Below are positions 62,501-64,000 of a stretch of DNA of 64,000 nt, piece after piece. Source of the DNA: Eledone cirrhosa. Taxonomy: Eukaryota. The notes beneath the pieces were generated by a model. That model was not told the DNA's origin and did not search any database. It saw only the letters and a program-made list of their open reading frames with translations. Location: positions 10,974,001-11,038,000 of the forward strand of contig OZ024757.1 of the NCBI GenBank assembly GCA_964016885.1, given 5' to 3'. Position 1 is the stretch's first letter. The number at the start of each line of letters is the position of its first letter. Made by a program: the position numbers and the translations under genes.

Positions 62501-64000
62501 TGTCTTGACAGCTAACAACTGATGCAGGGAGTTTGTTACATGGAGGTTTTAAAGGATGCAGTGTCCCGACAGCTAACAACTGATGCAGGTAGTTTGTTCC
62601 ATGGAGGTTTTAAAGGATGCAGTGTCTCGACAGCTAACAACTGATGCAGGTAGTTTGTTCCATGGAGGTTTTAAAGGATGCAGTGTCTCGACAGCTAACA
62701 ACTGATGCTGGTAGGGTAGTTTGTTCCATGGAGGTTTTAAAGGATGTAGTGTCTCGACAGCTAAAAACTGATGCAGGTAGGCTTGTTCTGTTCCATGGAG
62801 GTTTTAAAGGATGCAGTGTCTCGACAGCTAACAACTGATGCAGGTAGTTTGTTCCATGGAGATTTTAAAGGATGCAGTGTCTCGAGAGCTAACAACTGAT
62901 GCAGGTAGTTTGTTCCATGGAGGTTTTAAAGGATGCAGTGTCTTGACAGCTAACAACTGATGCAGGTAGTTTGTTCCATGGAGGTTTTAAAGGATGCAGT
63001 GTCTTGACAGCTAACAAATGATGCAGGTAGTTTGTTCCATGGAGATTTTAAAGGATGCAGTGTCCCAAAAGCTAACAACTGATGCAGGGAGTTTGTTCCA
63101 TGGAGGTTATAAAGGATGCAGTGTCCCGACAGCTAACAACTGATGCAGGTAGTTTGTTCCATGGAGGTTATAAAGGATGCAGTGTCTCGACAGCTAACAA
63201 CTGATGCAGGTAATTTGTCCCATGGAGGTTTTAAAGGATGCAGTGTCCCGACAGCTAACAACTGATGCAGGTAGTTTGTTCCATGGAGGTTTTAAAGGAT
63301 GCAGCATCTCAACAGCTAACTACTGATGCAGGTAATTTGTTCCATGGAGGTTTTAAAGGATGCAGCGTCCCGACAGCTAACAACTGATGCAGGTAGTTTG
63401 TTCCATGGAGGTTTTAAAGGATGCAGTGTCTCGACAGCTAACAACTGATGCAGGTAGTTTGTTCCATGGAGGTTTTAAAGGATGCAGTGTCCCGACAGCT
63501 AACAACTGATGCAGTTAGTTTGTTCCATGGAGGGTTTAAAGGATCCAGTGTCTCGACAGCTAAAAGCTGATGCAGGGAGTTTGTTCCATGGAGGTTTTAA
63601 AGGATGCAGTGTCCCGACAGCTAACAACTGTTGGAGGGAGTTTGTTCCATGGAGGTTTTAAAGGATGCAGTGTCCCGACAGCTAACAACTGATGCAGGTA
63701 GTTTGTTCCATGGAGGTTTTAAAGGATGCAGTGTCTCGACAGCTAACAACTGATGCAGGTAGTTTGTTCCATTGAGGTTTTAAAGGATGCAGTGTCCCGA
63801 CAGCTAACAACCGATGCAGGTAGTTTGTTCCATGGAGGTTTTAAAGGATCCAGTGTCTCGACAGCTAAAAACTGATGCAGGTAGTTTGTTCCATGGAGGT
63901 TTTAAAAGATGCAGCCTCTCAACAGCTAACTACTGATGCAGGTAATTTGTTCCATGGAGGTTTTAAAGGATGCAGCGTCCTGACAGCTAACAACTGATGC
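29518..64000. repeat. Satellite B, 61-bp monomer, ~565 copies, continues beyond the window
   Basis: Consensus TTTAAAGGATGCAGTGTC(T/C)CGACAGCTAACAACTGATGCAGGTAGTTTGTTCCATGGAGGT; head-to-tail in one orientation, no interruption seen. Confidence 0.99.

Noticed and set aside
32476-62838. 62-66-aa ORFs within satellite B as genes
   Set aside because: The 61-bp unit shifts frame each copy and reaches TAG; longer ORFs appear only where indel monomers occur. They are useful only as evidence of CR1 origin and as duplication markers.
26153-64000. CRISPR-like array
   Set aside because: Monomers are head-to-tail with no unique spacers, there are no cas genes, and the context is eukaryotic.

Overview
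Repeat-rich, AT-rich metazoan DNA. The (TA)n/(TATG)n tracts and SINE types suggest an octopus or other cephalopod (inference). 1-9.1 kb: a microsatellite field holding a degenerate near-full-length R4/Dong-type (RLE) retrotransposon, a 168-bp 5'-truncated second copy and a young CR1-group LINE, all on the minus strand. The CR1 has a CCCH-finger ORF1 and an AUG-less ORF2 that opens in the -1 frame at a U UUU UUA slippery site. 9-16.5 kb: SINEs, RTE fragments and a fold-back Penelope-like element carrying two type-I hammerhead ribozymes with a U3-A8 core variant. 16.9-22.9 kb: an apparently single ~6-kb coding exon (~1,990 codons, broken by three frameshifts) for about six tandem NHL-like beta-propellers, with in-frame Ser-Asp-Gly, 45-bp and 21-bp repeat insertions. 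After a 200-N gap: SINEs, an RTE/BovB-like fragment, a 65-bp satellite (~50 copies) and a 61-bp satellite (~565 copies, 34.5 kb, running off the window). The 61-bp monomer reads as the C-terminal WNxLPxxVV...FK motif of a CR1 ORF2 and is still attached to that ORF's stop codon and 3'UTR. All calls come from reading the sequence; no searches were run.
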